Shown: one piece after another, positions 50,639-59,565 of the stretch | Layout: each line of letters opens with the position of its first letter | Position numbering within the stretch: position 1 is the stretch's first letter | Assembly: GCA_963810935.1 (NCBI GenBank) | Contig: CAWEPK010000007.1 | Coordinates: forward strand, 256,001-320,000 | Direction of reading: 5' to 3' | DNA from: an uncultured delta proteobacterium | GTDB taxonomy: Bacteria; Desulfobacterota; Syntrophorhabdia; Syntrophorhabdales; WCHB1-27 | Length of the DNA: 64,000 bases | Program-made: the position numbers and the translations under genes | The notes under the pieces: generated by a model | Database searches by the model: none | What the model was told of the DNA's origin: nothing | Seen by the model: the letters and a program-made list of their open reading frames with translations, nothing else

Positions 50639-52210
50639 TCAGGACCAGAGCGAATAATGCCCGAGCAGCAGCACTTCACAGGCGATGAGCGCGTTGGTGA
50701 GTGCGTGCGCTATCCATGCATCCACCACGCGGTCCCGCTTGTACATTGTCCATGCATAGCATGCGCTGGCAAATGCTCCGACTACCCAGCGGCCGTGCAT
50801 CGCGCCGAAAAGGGCCGATGAAAGGACGAACGCCGCCGGCGAGAAGCGCAGCCCGGCTGTGGTTTGCGTTGAGAGGCGCCGGAGGAGGTACCCGCGAAAT
50901 GCTAGCTCCTCTACCGCAGGTACTACGAGCACCGAGCCGGCTGCGCGGGAAAGAATCCAGGCAGCGGAAAGTCCCGGCGTCATGAGGGCCAGGCCGTGTG
51001 CTACGGTCGACGTCTGGTGATCCGCTGCCGGCTGGAAGGCGGTCCAGACGATATAGGCGAGGACGCCCGCTGCGAACGGGCGCCAGGAAATCCCGGAAAA
51101 CATCTCCCTAAGCGGTGCAGGCCGCCAGTAATAAAGCAGCGCCGCAGCCGCGGCGAGGCTCCGCAGGACATAGAACCGGTCGAACCCGTTCGTAAAAAGG
51201 CCCATGAAAAGGCCCGAGCCGAGAAGGACCATCAGCGGCACGAGGTACGCGGTCACTCTCCCTGCACGGCGGGTGCGGGTGCCGGCCACCCTGGAAAAGA
51301 CTTTCGATTTCTCGGCCAGGCCCACGGTCCCAAGCGATACTGCGATGAATGCGAGCCATCCGACCTGGGAGTGGAAACCCTCGGAGGCGAGCTTCGGCGA
51401 GACATAGGCGCCCAGCATGAGCAAAGCCGCGATCCTGCCGACGTTCACGAGCCAGATAGTCAGCGCGCCGATAGGGAAAAGCAACAGGGCCAGGGGGAAG
51501 CGCAGCCTGGACCGGAAGAACCAGAGATAGGCCCCGACGAAGAGCACCATAAGGCCGATGCCCTCGTAACCGGAGCACGGCCAATAGATGCCTGCGTTGA
51601 ACCCGTTCACGCCGAGGATCATCTCTTTCGGCCGGCTGAAGACGTCCTGGCCGAGCCACCTCAAAAGACCTGCGGCCAAAGCGAAGGTCGAGCTCCTTAA
51701 GGGCTCCCAGGCGCGCGTAGCTAGCGCACCGGAGATCAGGGAAAGGCCCGCGAGTATCGCGCATGGCGCAATAAACGGCGAGCACCGGGAAGCCAGCCGT
51801 CCCCAATGGCGCGCAGGCACGGCCGCCATGCCCCATAAAACGATAGCGCCGAGGCCCGATACGACCCAGCCCACGGCCGCAAGCGTCGGAGGCCACGAGA
51901 GGGCGCCGGCCCGGAAAACTAGTACGGTCAGTTGAGAGAAGAGTATGTAAATCGCCACCTGGATGGGCAGCATGATGAACAGCAGGGAGGAGGGTTCGCC
52001 GAAGGGAATGCGCTCCCGCGAATCGGCGGCGGGCGCCCAGCGCGACATGAGGAGGGCGAACAGGATAAAGACCATCGCGAGGGCAGGCAGGCCCCTTGTG
52101 TAAGACAAAAAACCGGACGTGGGTGCTTCCACCCGGATGGCTAAGAGGAATATCTCGAAACCGGCGATTGCGATAAGGGACGCCCGGACGTGTCCCTTTC
52201 GGGGGGTCAG
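50639..52210 (-). CDS. xrtE: Exosortase E / CAAX protease fusion (probable CTG start overlapping the upstream TGA)
   Basis: PCSGYEG, NVGRIAAL, FHSQVGW; C-terminal VEELAFRGY, FGAMH, AHALTN; frame is open up to CTG 52210. Confidence 0.85.
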   Translation of the reverse strand: MTPRKGHVRASLIAIAGFEIFLLAIRVEAPTSGFLSYTRGLPALAMVFILFALLMSRWAPAADSRERIPFGEPSSLLFIMLPIQVAIYILFSQLTVLVFRAGALSWPPTLAAVGWVVSGLGAIVLWGMAAVPARHWGRLASRCSPFIAPCAILAGLSLISGALATRAWEPLRSSTFALAAGLLRWLGQDVFSRPKEMILGVNGFNAGIYWPCSGYEGIGLMVLFVGAYLWFFRSRLRFPLALLLFPIGALTIWLVNVGRIAALLMLGAYVSPKLASEGFHSQVGWLAFIAVSLGTVGLAEKSKVFSRVAGTRTRRAGRVTAYLVPLMVLLGSGLFMGLFTNGFDRFYVLRSLAAAAALLYYWRPAPLREMFSGISWRPFAAGVLAYIVWTAFQPAADHQTSTVAHGLALMTPGLSAAWILSRAAGSVLVVPAVEELAFRGYLLRRLSTQTTAGLRFSPAAFVLSSALFGAMHGRWVVGAFASACYAWTMYKRDRVVDAWIAHALTNALIACEVLLLGHYSLWS

Positions 52211-52377
52211 ATTTTAACCCTTCTCTCGAAGAGAACCAGGACGGCGCAAACGAGAAGCCCTATTGCGGATGATGCACCGGACCAGTCGATCTCCGGGTAG
52301 GTTAATTCCGCCGACGCTGTACCGGCGAAGGCTGCAAACATGAAGAGTCCTGCAAGGACACGTTTACACAATCTCAT
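52207..52377 (-). CDS. 56-aa VPEID-CTERM-type protein (not in ORF track)
   Basis: MRLCKRVLAGLFMFAAFAGTASA-ELTYPEIDWSGASSAIGLLVCAVLVLFERRVKI; purine-rich RBS; directly upstream of xrtE. Confidence 0.85.
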   Translation of the reverse strand: MRLCKRVLAGLFMFAAFAGTASAELTYPEIDWSGASSAIGLLVCAVLVLFERRVKI

Positions 52378-52768
52378 TTGGTTCTTCCCCCTTCACGCTT
52401 CAAACCATACGCGAGCGATAACCTTGGGGACTCGCCGTGTTGTACGCTCTTTTGAAAGCATAGTGTACGCGCTTGTAATAACATTGTCAAATACTTTTTT
52501 TCAATGCAATCACTGTTTTGCGTTATAAATCGCAACTATCTGTAATCACAAGTATAACCTCCTCTCCTGGCATGCGCCGGACGAAGCATATGCCCTGGAA
52601 TAAAGAAAAATTCGCTATTGCCGATAAACTTTTGTGTTGACATCGGAGCCGATCCTATATAACACTATACAACAAGCAATCCAAGTGAACCGTAAGGCAT
52701 GCAGCGAAGGCACGTGCACCAGTTAGTCAGCGTTGGCTGCAGGAACGGATGGGAGAGGGGCGGATACT

Positions 52769-53467
52769 ATGAAGAAGGTCGGCTCGATAGGATTGGTTTT
52801 CGTATTTCTGTTGATTGCGTCCAACGCGTTCGCTGACAGTGTTACACTTACCGATCCCTTCGGTGCTGCTGTATCGTATCAGGACGGGGCCGGCACCACC
52901 CACTATGTCACTCCCTACACAGCCAGTATCGTGATGAACGGCGGGTCGCCGTTCACGGGATACGTTACTTGTCTCGATCAAGCGCTAGGGGGACCTTACA
53001 ATCAGCTAAATCCCGGTACGTGGTATGCGCCGGGCAGCTCGGGCAACTATGGCGGCACCTTTTCAGCGGGTGTGGTTACCGAGTTCAAAGAGGCGTCGTA
53101 CCTGCTGGATACGTACCTGGCCGGAGTAAATTTGACTCAGGCCCATGCCATCGCCAGCACCGTAGGAGACGTCCAGTTTGCGATATGGTATATAATGGCG
53201 GGCGGCTCGGTGTCAGGAGGCGTTGCGTCCGGCGCCACCGGAATCAACCTGACCCTGACGTCCGGCGCAATCAGCGATATCATACAGGCCCAAAACCATT
53301 ACACCGACATCGGCCTGTTGCTCAATCCCGTCTTCGTTCCAGCGGACGGCACTATCCAGAGTTTCATGCTGAACCCTTCATCTCCTGTCCCGCTTCCTCC
53401 AACGGTTCTCCTCCTTGTGCCCGGTCTGTTAGGCCTTGGCGTGATGAGGAAGAGGTACAAGCTCTAA
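52769..53467 (+). CDS. Secreted protein with VPLPP (VPLPA/PEP-CTERM-like) tail
   Basis: Signal peptide AFA, CLD and QFAIW motifs, PVPLPPTVLLLVPGLLGLGVMRKRYK. Confidence 0.88.
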   Translation: MKKVGSIGLVFVFLLIASNAFADSVTLTDPFGAAVSYQDGAGTTHYVTPYTASIVMNGGSPFTGYVTCLDQALGGPYNQLNPGTWYAPGSSGNYGGTFSAGVVTEFKEASYLLDTYLAGVNLTQAHAIASTVGDVQFAIWYIMAGGSVSGGVASGATGINLTLTSGAISDIIQAQNHYTDIGLLLNPVFVPADGTIQSFMLNPSSPVPLPPTVLLLVPGLLGLGVMRKRYKL

Positions 53468-53496
53468 GGCACGAAACTACCCGATCCGTCATCGAC

Positions 53497-53527
53497 GCGG
53501 CCGCCCCTGATAAGGGCGGCCGTTTTT
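53497..53527 (+). terminator. Intrinsic terminator
   Basis: GCGGCCGCCC...GGGCGGCCGTTTTT. Confidence 0.8.
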
Positions 53528-53597
53528 GTGTGCGCCCGGCAGGGCGCACTGACTTGGAGGTGAAAGTCCTCCCTGACGGCCGTGCGTTTCTCTTCTT

Positions 53598-53681
53598 CCG
53601 TCATTCCGGGCTTGGACCCGGAATCCATTTTTTTTAAGCCCTTGCGAAGACCCTGGATGCCGGCTTCCGCCGGCGTGACGG
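53598..53681. repeat. CGTC-type REP pair
   Basis: CCGTCATTCCGGGCTTGGACCCGGAATCCA...CTGGATGCCGGCTTCCGCCGGCGTGACGG. Confidence 0.85.
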
Positions 53682-53809
53682 AGGGAAAGGAACCGGCGAA
53701 CCTCAAGCGGGACGCTCTACACATGTGGGTGATAAGCAGAGCGCAAAAAAAGCCGGGCGGGCGGAAGTCCTTTCCGCTCACCCGGCCTGCCTTGCTTAGC
53801 GCCCTGCCG

Positions 53810-54190
53810 TTATTTTTTCTCTGTGCCCGTGATAGGCAGCACGGTCGCGCTGTCTGCATCGAGCATATGGGCGCGGCCCTCGAAGATGCCACCCTCGGGC
53901 AGAGAGAGCTTGGGCGTCGAGAGGTCGCCCTGGACGTGGCCTTTCGTCGTGATCGAGACCGCCTCGCTGCAGGTGACGGAGCCCTCCAGCTTGCCGCCTA
54001 TCGTTGCGCTCCGCGAGACGATGTCGCCCTTTATGATGCCCGATTCGCCGATAATCACCGAATCCGCCTGCATGTTCCCCTCGAAAGAACCGTCAATCCT
54101 GACTGTCCCCTTGGAAACCAGCTCGCCGTGCAGACTTGAATCGGCCCCTATCACAGTCATATACTGCTGCTCTTTCTTACCGCCCATCAT
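53810..54190 (-). CDS. Bactofilin (polymer-forming cytoskeletal protein)
   Basis: TVIGADSSLHGEL...RIDGSFEGN...IGESGIIKGDI...FEG. Confidence 0.92.
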   Translation of the reverse strand: MMGGKKEQQYMTVIGADSSLHGELVSKGTVRIDGSFEGNMQADSVIIGESGIIKGDIVSRSATIGGKLEGSVTCSEAVSITTKGHVQGDLSTPKLSLPEGGIFEGRAHMLDADSATVLPITGTEKK

Positions 54191-55023
54191 GACTTACCCC
54201 CTAAGAATGGGATCGGGTCCATTGGGACCCTGTGCCGCCACACCTCGTAATGTACGTGTGGACCGGTAGTGTTTCCTGTGTTGCCCGAGAGGGCTATGAC
54301 GTCGCCGCGCTTAACCCTCTGTCCGACTTTCACAAGTAGCCTGCTGTTATGTGCATAAGCCGTGCTGAAATCGTGCCCGTGCTCTATAAAGACGATATTG
54401 CCGTTGCCGCCGACCCAGCCCGAGACGCCTATGACGCCGTCGGCTGTGGCCCTCACAGGGGTGCCCACGGACACCCTGATGTCTATGCCCGAATGGAAAG
54501 CCGGCTCGCCTGTTTTGGGGCTGAGCCTCTTCCCGAAGACAGAGCTTAAGACGCCCGGCACGGGCCATCCTTCCGGGGTGGCGTAATAGGCGTCCCGTTC
54601 TTCCCTGAGATACTGCTTTATCTCCGCGACGGAGGACATTGACTCGTCGATCTCCTTCTTCAGCAGGTCCACGTCCGGATAGCCTGTTTCCCTATGGCCG
54701 GCCGTCTTGAGTATATCCTTCTTCGACTTCATGGCAAGGAGCTCTCTGAACTCTTTGTCATGCGTCTGGAGGCTGGAAAGGCTTGACCGCATCTCAAGGA
54801 ACTTGTCGGAGAAATAGGCGAGCCGCCTGCTCATCTCAAGGTATTGGGCCGTGCGGACCCCGACCGAGACGGCATAAGCGGTACCGAAGCCCCACCCGAC
54901 GATGAGAAGCACGATCACTGCGAAAGGGATCTTGAGCTGCCGCGGCCTCGTCCTGGAGTGCGGCACAGCCATTATCGTAATCGCCGTAAAAGCCTTCTTG
55001 AAGAAGTTCCTTACTTTCTGCAT
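54187..55023 (-). CDS. M23-family peptidase
   Basis: TM, coiled coil, HSGID, YAH, TGPHVHYEV. Confidence 0.93.
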   Translation of the reverse strand: MQKVRNFFKKAFTAITIMAVPHSRTRPRQLKIPFAVIVLLIVGWGFGTAYAVSVGVRTAQYLEMSRRLAYFSDKFLEMRSSLSSLQTHDKEFRELLAMKSKKDILKTAGHRETGYPDVDLLKKEIDESMSSVAEIKQYLREERDAYYATPEGWPVPGVLSSVFGKRLSPKTGEPAFHSGIDIRVSVGTPVRATADGVIGVSGWVGGNGNIVFIEHGHDFSTAYAHNSRLLVKVGQRVKRGDVIALSGNTGNTTGPHVHYEVWRHRVPMDPIPFLGGKS

Positions 55024-55075
55024 TCGTTCTTTTCTTCAACCCAAAAACATGTCAATCGTACGGCCGCTCTAGTGC

Positions 55076-55210
55076 CTTCCGGCTACGCATAGGGGGGTCC
55101 GACGCGCACGAGGCGCTTTATCCCTGCCTCTGGATAGTCCGAGGCTTCCCAACACTGCTGGACCCGAACGACCCCAGTTGGGCTTACTAATAACAGACTT
55201 GCCGGATGTG
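55076..55210 (-). ncRNA. Candidate structured 5' leader (riboswitch-like)
   Basis: Minus-strand TTGACA at 55239-55244; stems TCCGGC/GCCGGA, CCCAAC/GTTGGG, GCCTC/GAGGC, GCGC/GCGC; possible GGGTCC/GGACCC pseudoknot. Confidence 0.45.
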
Positions 55211-55454
55211 ATATATATTTAGACAGGGCCGCCTATATTGTCAAGCAAAAAGTACCTGCCCCTCGATCTATTTTTCTCCCGATTCTGTAAGGTTCCGATA
55301 TAACAAGTAAAAGCAAATCCGCGTCCGGCAAGGGGATGCTTCGCGTTGAAGCGAACGAAAGGCAGGACATGGACCGTCCCCGGCCCATGAAGCCGTCACC
55401 ATGTGATACGCCCTTGATGGCCGGACGGAAAAGCAAGCGAATGCGAGCGGCGAG

Positions 55455-55600
55455 ATGGGTGCTGAACCCCGATAATTGCCGCTGAGCCCCAGCGGCAATA
55501 AAGCAAGCGTAGCGCCGCGCCGAGCGGGGAGGCCGGGGCACCCGCCCGACGTAAGGAGGGAAGGGTCGCAGCTTTGCCGGTGGAGGGGGTGCTGAGCCCC
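55455..55600. repeat. Palindromic repeat module C
   Basis: GGGTGCTGA(A/G)CCCC twice and hairpin ATTGCCGCTG/CAGCGGCAAT; reverse complement resembles 50351-50400 (GGGGCTC...CCCCCTCCAC..GCAAAGCT). Confidence 0.6.
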
Positions 55601-55601
55601 A

Positions 55602-56360
55602 TTATGGTGCGGCCAGGCGGAAGCCGACGCCTTCATCCCGCCCGTTCGGGTCGTTGCCGCTGCGCTCCATGACGCGGACATGCTTTGCCTCGTTGGCGAA
55701 GGAGCCTCCACGCAGCACCCTGGACCTGCCGTCCGGCGGCCCCTGCGGGTTGTCTTTCGTGGTCTTTTCGTACCATAGGTGATCGTAGCGGTCCTGGAGC
55801 ATTTCCCATACGTTTCCGCTCATGTCGTAGATGCCGAGGCCGTTCGGCTTTTTGGCGCCTACGTCGTGCGTCGTCTTAATCTTGCCGCTGTTCAGGGCAT
55901 ACCAGGCATAATCCCCGACCTTCGTGCTGTCGGAGGTGCCCGACCACTTTTCCTTTTTGCCTCCGCTGCGCGCCGCGTATTCCCATTCCGCCTCGGTGGG
56001 TAGGCGGTAGGACTTGCCAGTCGCCTGGTTGAGCATCCGTATGAACAAGTGGGCCTCGTCCCAGCTCACCATGGCTACGGGGCGGCGGTCGCCCGTGAGC
56101 TTGCCGGGGGCGCTCCCCATCACCGCCTTCCACTCGGCCAGGGTCACCTCGTACTTGCCTATCCGGAAATCACCGACGCAGACCTCGTGGACGGGCGACT
56201 CGTCGGCAAACCCGTCGTCGAAGACGTCGCCCATCTGGAAGCACCCGCCCTTCACGGAGACCATTTCGATCTCCGGCGCCTGCGCGAAGCAGACTGGGGC
56301 GAAGCAAAGCATGGCGAGCGCGGCTGGGATCAACATTACTGCGGTACGCATCTTCTTCAT
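55602..56360 (-). CDS. Secreted FGE-sulfatase (SUMF1) domain protein
   Basis: YRLPTEAEWEYAAR, DMSGNVWE, RGGS, GFRL. Confidence 0.92.
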   Translation of the reverse strand: MKKMRTAVMLIPAALAMLCFAPVCFAQAPEIEMVSVKGGCFQMGDVFDDGFADESPVHEVCVGDFRIGKYEVTLAEWKAVMGSAPGKLTGDRRPVAMVSWDEAHLFIRMLNQATGKSYRLPTEAEWEYAARSGGKKEKWSGTSDSTKVGDYAWYALNSGKIKTTHDVGAKKPNGLGIYDMSGNVWEMLQDRYDHLWYEKTTKDNPQGPPDGRSRVLRGGSFANEAKHVRVMERSGNDPNGRDEGVGFRLAAP

Positions 56361-56470
56361 GTTTTCCTCCGGGCCGCGCGTTCTCCAATCCGGGCCGTGC
56401 CCCACACCCGGTACAGATCGCCCATCCCGCCTTCAGGATCGCGCATCTCACTATTGATTACCATTTCACC

Positions 56471-56890
56471 GCCCAACCGATCAAGCCATTTCTTGCCGGA
56501 TGCGGGAAAAAGACATGCTATGCGCTGCCAGGAAGGAGGGGAGGGGCAGTTAGCAAGGCCAGGCAAGGCGGATTATTGAAGATTACGGCCTGACGGGGGA
56601 TATGGGGTTACACCTGCTACCGGAGCGCACCAGCGACACTTTAAAAACTGAGGTTTACCAGTCGAAAGACGGGCTATTCCACCGCGTCATTGGGCCACCA
56701 CATACGAAACGACCGACCTACAATTTTTGTTACCTTGACTATCCCCCCTCTGGATGTCTGCAATTCTCCCACTATCCATCACGGCTGCAGTATTTTCACT
56801 AAGTGATCCTGTTAATGTCCACTTGATACATGGTGCGATTCAATGTCGTCTGGAAGACAGAGACAGCTAAAATGGCTTGATCGGTTGGGC
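56471..56890. mobile_element. 420-bp element with perfect 21-bp terminal inverted repeats (MITE-like)
   Basis: GCCCAACCGATCAAGCCATTT at 56471-56491 and its reverse complement at 56870-56890; no target duplication seen. Confidence 0.65.
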
Positions 56891-57438
56891 ACGGGATTCA
56901 TCAGGCTTGCCTATTTTCATCACGTCAACGGCCCGATACTCCTCCTGGTAACGGGGCCTCAAAAGCCTCCCAGAAGAAGCCCCCTTCATCTGACGCGTCG
57001 AACTCAATACACAGGCCCTTGTGTGAATCCGAATAGTGCGCCCACATAAGGACATCGTCTCGCTTTTCGGAGAGGCAATAGATTCCCGTCTTCGCAACAA
57101 AACCCTCATACGCTCGCCTCAGTAAGTCCTGGTTTGTAAAGGCCGCGTTCTTACCGCGCATGCGTTTTTTTGATCTCCCCCTTGCCTGCTTTAGGAAAAT
57201 GTTTTTTTGTCAACTGTTTCAGGAATTCCGCGCGAGAAAGAGAAGAACCTTCAAGGGTGAGACAATGCCTGCATTCAAATGGGTCGTTAAAGGCTGCTGC
57301 GCTACTCAAGAATATGCTTCTCGCGATGAAAATGTCTCGTAGACCTGGGGATTTCATAGAGCGATACTTATATAGGAACGGCACCGCGTATGGCCGAATG
57401 GCCTTTGTTAACTTCACGACTTCTTGCATTCTCTTCAT
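56867..57438 (-). pseudogene. DUF2971-like protein, two frameshifts and 3' truncation
   Basis: LYKYR, FNDPFE, YCLSE, LMWAHYSDSHKGLCIEFD; extra bases in A7 (about 57170) and C4 (about 56953) runs. Confidence 0.8.
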
Positions 57439-57481
57439 ATTCTTTTCGGCACCCCATCTTTTAAAACCAGATACAGATGCG

Positions 57482-58436
57482 CTAAGTCACACCGTTACCT
57501 GACAGATCGAGTAGATAGCAGTATTTTTCTATATTTGGCACTTCGATCACAAAATGCTCTAGAACTTGTATTGGGCTTGGGGGCAGCCAGATGAATCTGT
57601 ACTCCCTTTGGTAGGCATAGCGAAAGTGCTTTGATGCGAAGACATCAACGTCCTTAATCGGATAGTTCACGGGATCGATGTAACTAATGTCCATGCCAAC
57701 TCCAAACCAGCCTTTCATCTTGTTCTCGACCGCCGACAGCACTGATTCAACGAATTCCTTAGGGTTTCCAATGATAAGGCATGCGTTTGCATCGAAATCA
57801 AGGAACAAGCGAGGGGCAAACGATAGAGATAGGCAGTACACATAGTAATTAGTGGCGGACCTTGTGGTATAAACAAAATAGTCAGGTGAGAAGCCCCCCT
57901 TGCATTGGCCTGTTTTACCGTCGTACGCCTTCATCTTCAGCCGCCTGGGCGTCGGCGTAATCACCAACTCTAGTTCCTCATCCCTTATCGCTGGGTTAAG
58001 CGACGGATCGTTATATGATGAAGCAGGTGATATCCTGATCTGCTTTTCATCCATAGCCTGCTTCAAGTATTGAAGCTTTCCATACTTAAAGAGGCAACCT
58101 CCTAGGGGCAGGCCTATGACTCTTATCGCGTTAGCAGACTCTTTTTGCGAGAGTAGACGCTGTATCCGGGATTCTCATATTCTTCATGAAGCCATTTTCA
58201 AACCCGGAAGGAAATGGCCCGAACCTAATGACGAATTCTTCCAGGACATGTGTCCATAGGATCATCCATTTTTCTCCCTCCCTTGGTACCGGAAGACTAA
58301 TCTTCGGCTCGTGGTTCAGTTGGATGAGGTTGTTGAAAACGTCTCGTGCTCTTTGTTGGAGTTCCTCCTCTTTGAGATGCTGCATGTATCGGCCCGATAA
58401 ACGGTACTGTTGGCGCCAAAGTTCGTGTCTTCTCAA
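57482..58436 (-). CDS. Hypothetical protein with DUF2971-like motifs, one frameshift near 58144
   Basis: Removing one A joins the two ORFs; LFKYG, YND, YVYCLS, KHFRYAYQREYR; low GC. Confidence 0.65.
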
Positions 58437-58496
58437 ACGTTAGGCCTCCTTTACAGATAAACCCGAAGATAATTCGGGTATTTCCTTTTGCAGAGC

Positions 58497-59210
58497 CTAT
58501 CTCATACAGGCCTCAACGAACAAAACGCCGAGTGCCGTCATTACTACGGTATCGATTCCTTTGTAGACCGTTACTGATTCGGTTCTCTGCCCGAACATCA
58601 AGGACATACCCCCCCTAAAGATCATCGGAGCAATCAATTGCATACGCATAAGGTTATTGGCCGAAACTGCGTAGGCGTCATCTGACATAGATAGTTTTTG
58701 CATTAATTCTTCCTTGTCCCAAGCATACTGGCGAAGGCCATCCAAGGGTCTTGCCACCCCCTGTCCCTCTAAATCGCTATAGAGTGAATTTAGCAGCCGA
58801 GCTTCCCTCCCAGTTATGGCTTTTATCATATCTATGAATCCGTAGCGAATTTCGCTATTGAAGTCAGGATTCAGCGCATTCGCTAGGAGTTGGTTCCAAA
58901 GCCTTTGAATGTCTGGTTCCTCTTCAAGTGATGCCTCCTCGAAAATAGGAAGAGCCAATTTGGGTGGCACTGAGCGGGGGACGGCAACCCCTTTTTCGCT
59001 GAGTATCCGCCCGACTTCTTCCGTCATATCCATAAGGCGCTTCCACCTTACAAAACGCAATTTATCTGTGATCATCCCCGCGATTTCATGGGCGGGTATC
59101 CTAAGCACTTTTTCAAAAAAACCGGCCATTCTTTCGATGCCTACCACCACGCTCTGACCAAACCTCGCCGATTCCTGAATGGCTTTTGCGATTTCCTCAG
59201 TCTCGGACAT
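58497..59210 (-). CDS. Abi-alpha (DUF4393) family protein
   Basis: VPPKLALPIFEEASLEEEPDIQRLWNQLLANA...FIDMIK...NLMRMQLI...TALGVLFVEAC. Confidence 0.8.
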   Translation of the reverse strand: MSETEEIAKAIQESARFGQSVVVGIERMAGFFEKVLRIPAHEIAGMITDKLRFVRWKRLMDMTEEVGRILSEKGVAVPRSVPPKLALPIFEEASLEEEPDIQRLWNQLLANALNPDFNSEIRYGFIDMIKAITGREARLLNSLYSDLEGQGVARPLDGLRQYAWDKEELMQKLSMSDDAYAVSANNLMRMQLIAPMIFRGGMSLMFGQRTESVTVYKGIDTVVMTALGVLFVEACMR

Positions 59211-59565
59211 TTGTAACTCCTTCGGTTTGTGCAGGAAATGCTCCTGTTCCGGCCTCTTTTCTCATTTGTGATAGTTTTAGGTTACCGATTGTAACACTAG
59301 GAATAGGCTCGGTCGAGCAAAATCTAGCGCTTCCAGGAAGGAGACCGCGCCCCCAAAAAGACGACGGTCGGTGAATTGCGTTCTGACCCGTTGACCGCAG
59401 TCATCAGGGATTTCTCCGGACATAGGTAGCAATTTTAATCCCGCCTTTCAACCATCCAGGCGCAAATGTCCGCAAATGCGGCCGTATGGCGTCTGTGTCA
59501 CGGTAACGTCGCGTAATTACGTGGTTTACGTTGTCCGCCGTTTTTCCCCGTATTAAGAAAAGGGC

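Noticed and set aside
3477..55600. CRISPR array
   Set aside because: The repeats are dispersed or inverted, not regularly spaced direct repeats; no cas genes
55260..56360. Diversity-generating retroelement targeting the FGE-sulfatase gene
   Set aside because: No template repeat of the 3' end and no reverse transcriptase in the window
58439..58500. Integron attC between low-GC genes
   Set aside because: A hairpin is present, but the RYYYAAC/GTTRRRY boxes are not in the required order; no intI and no second site
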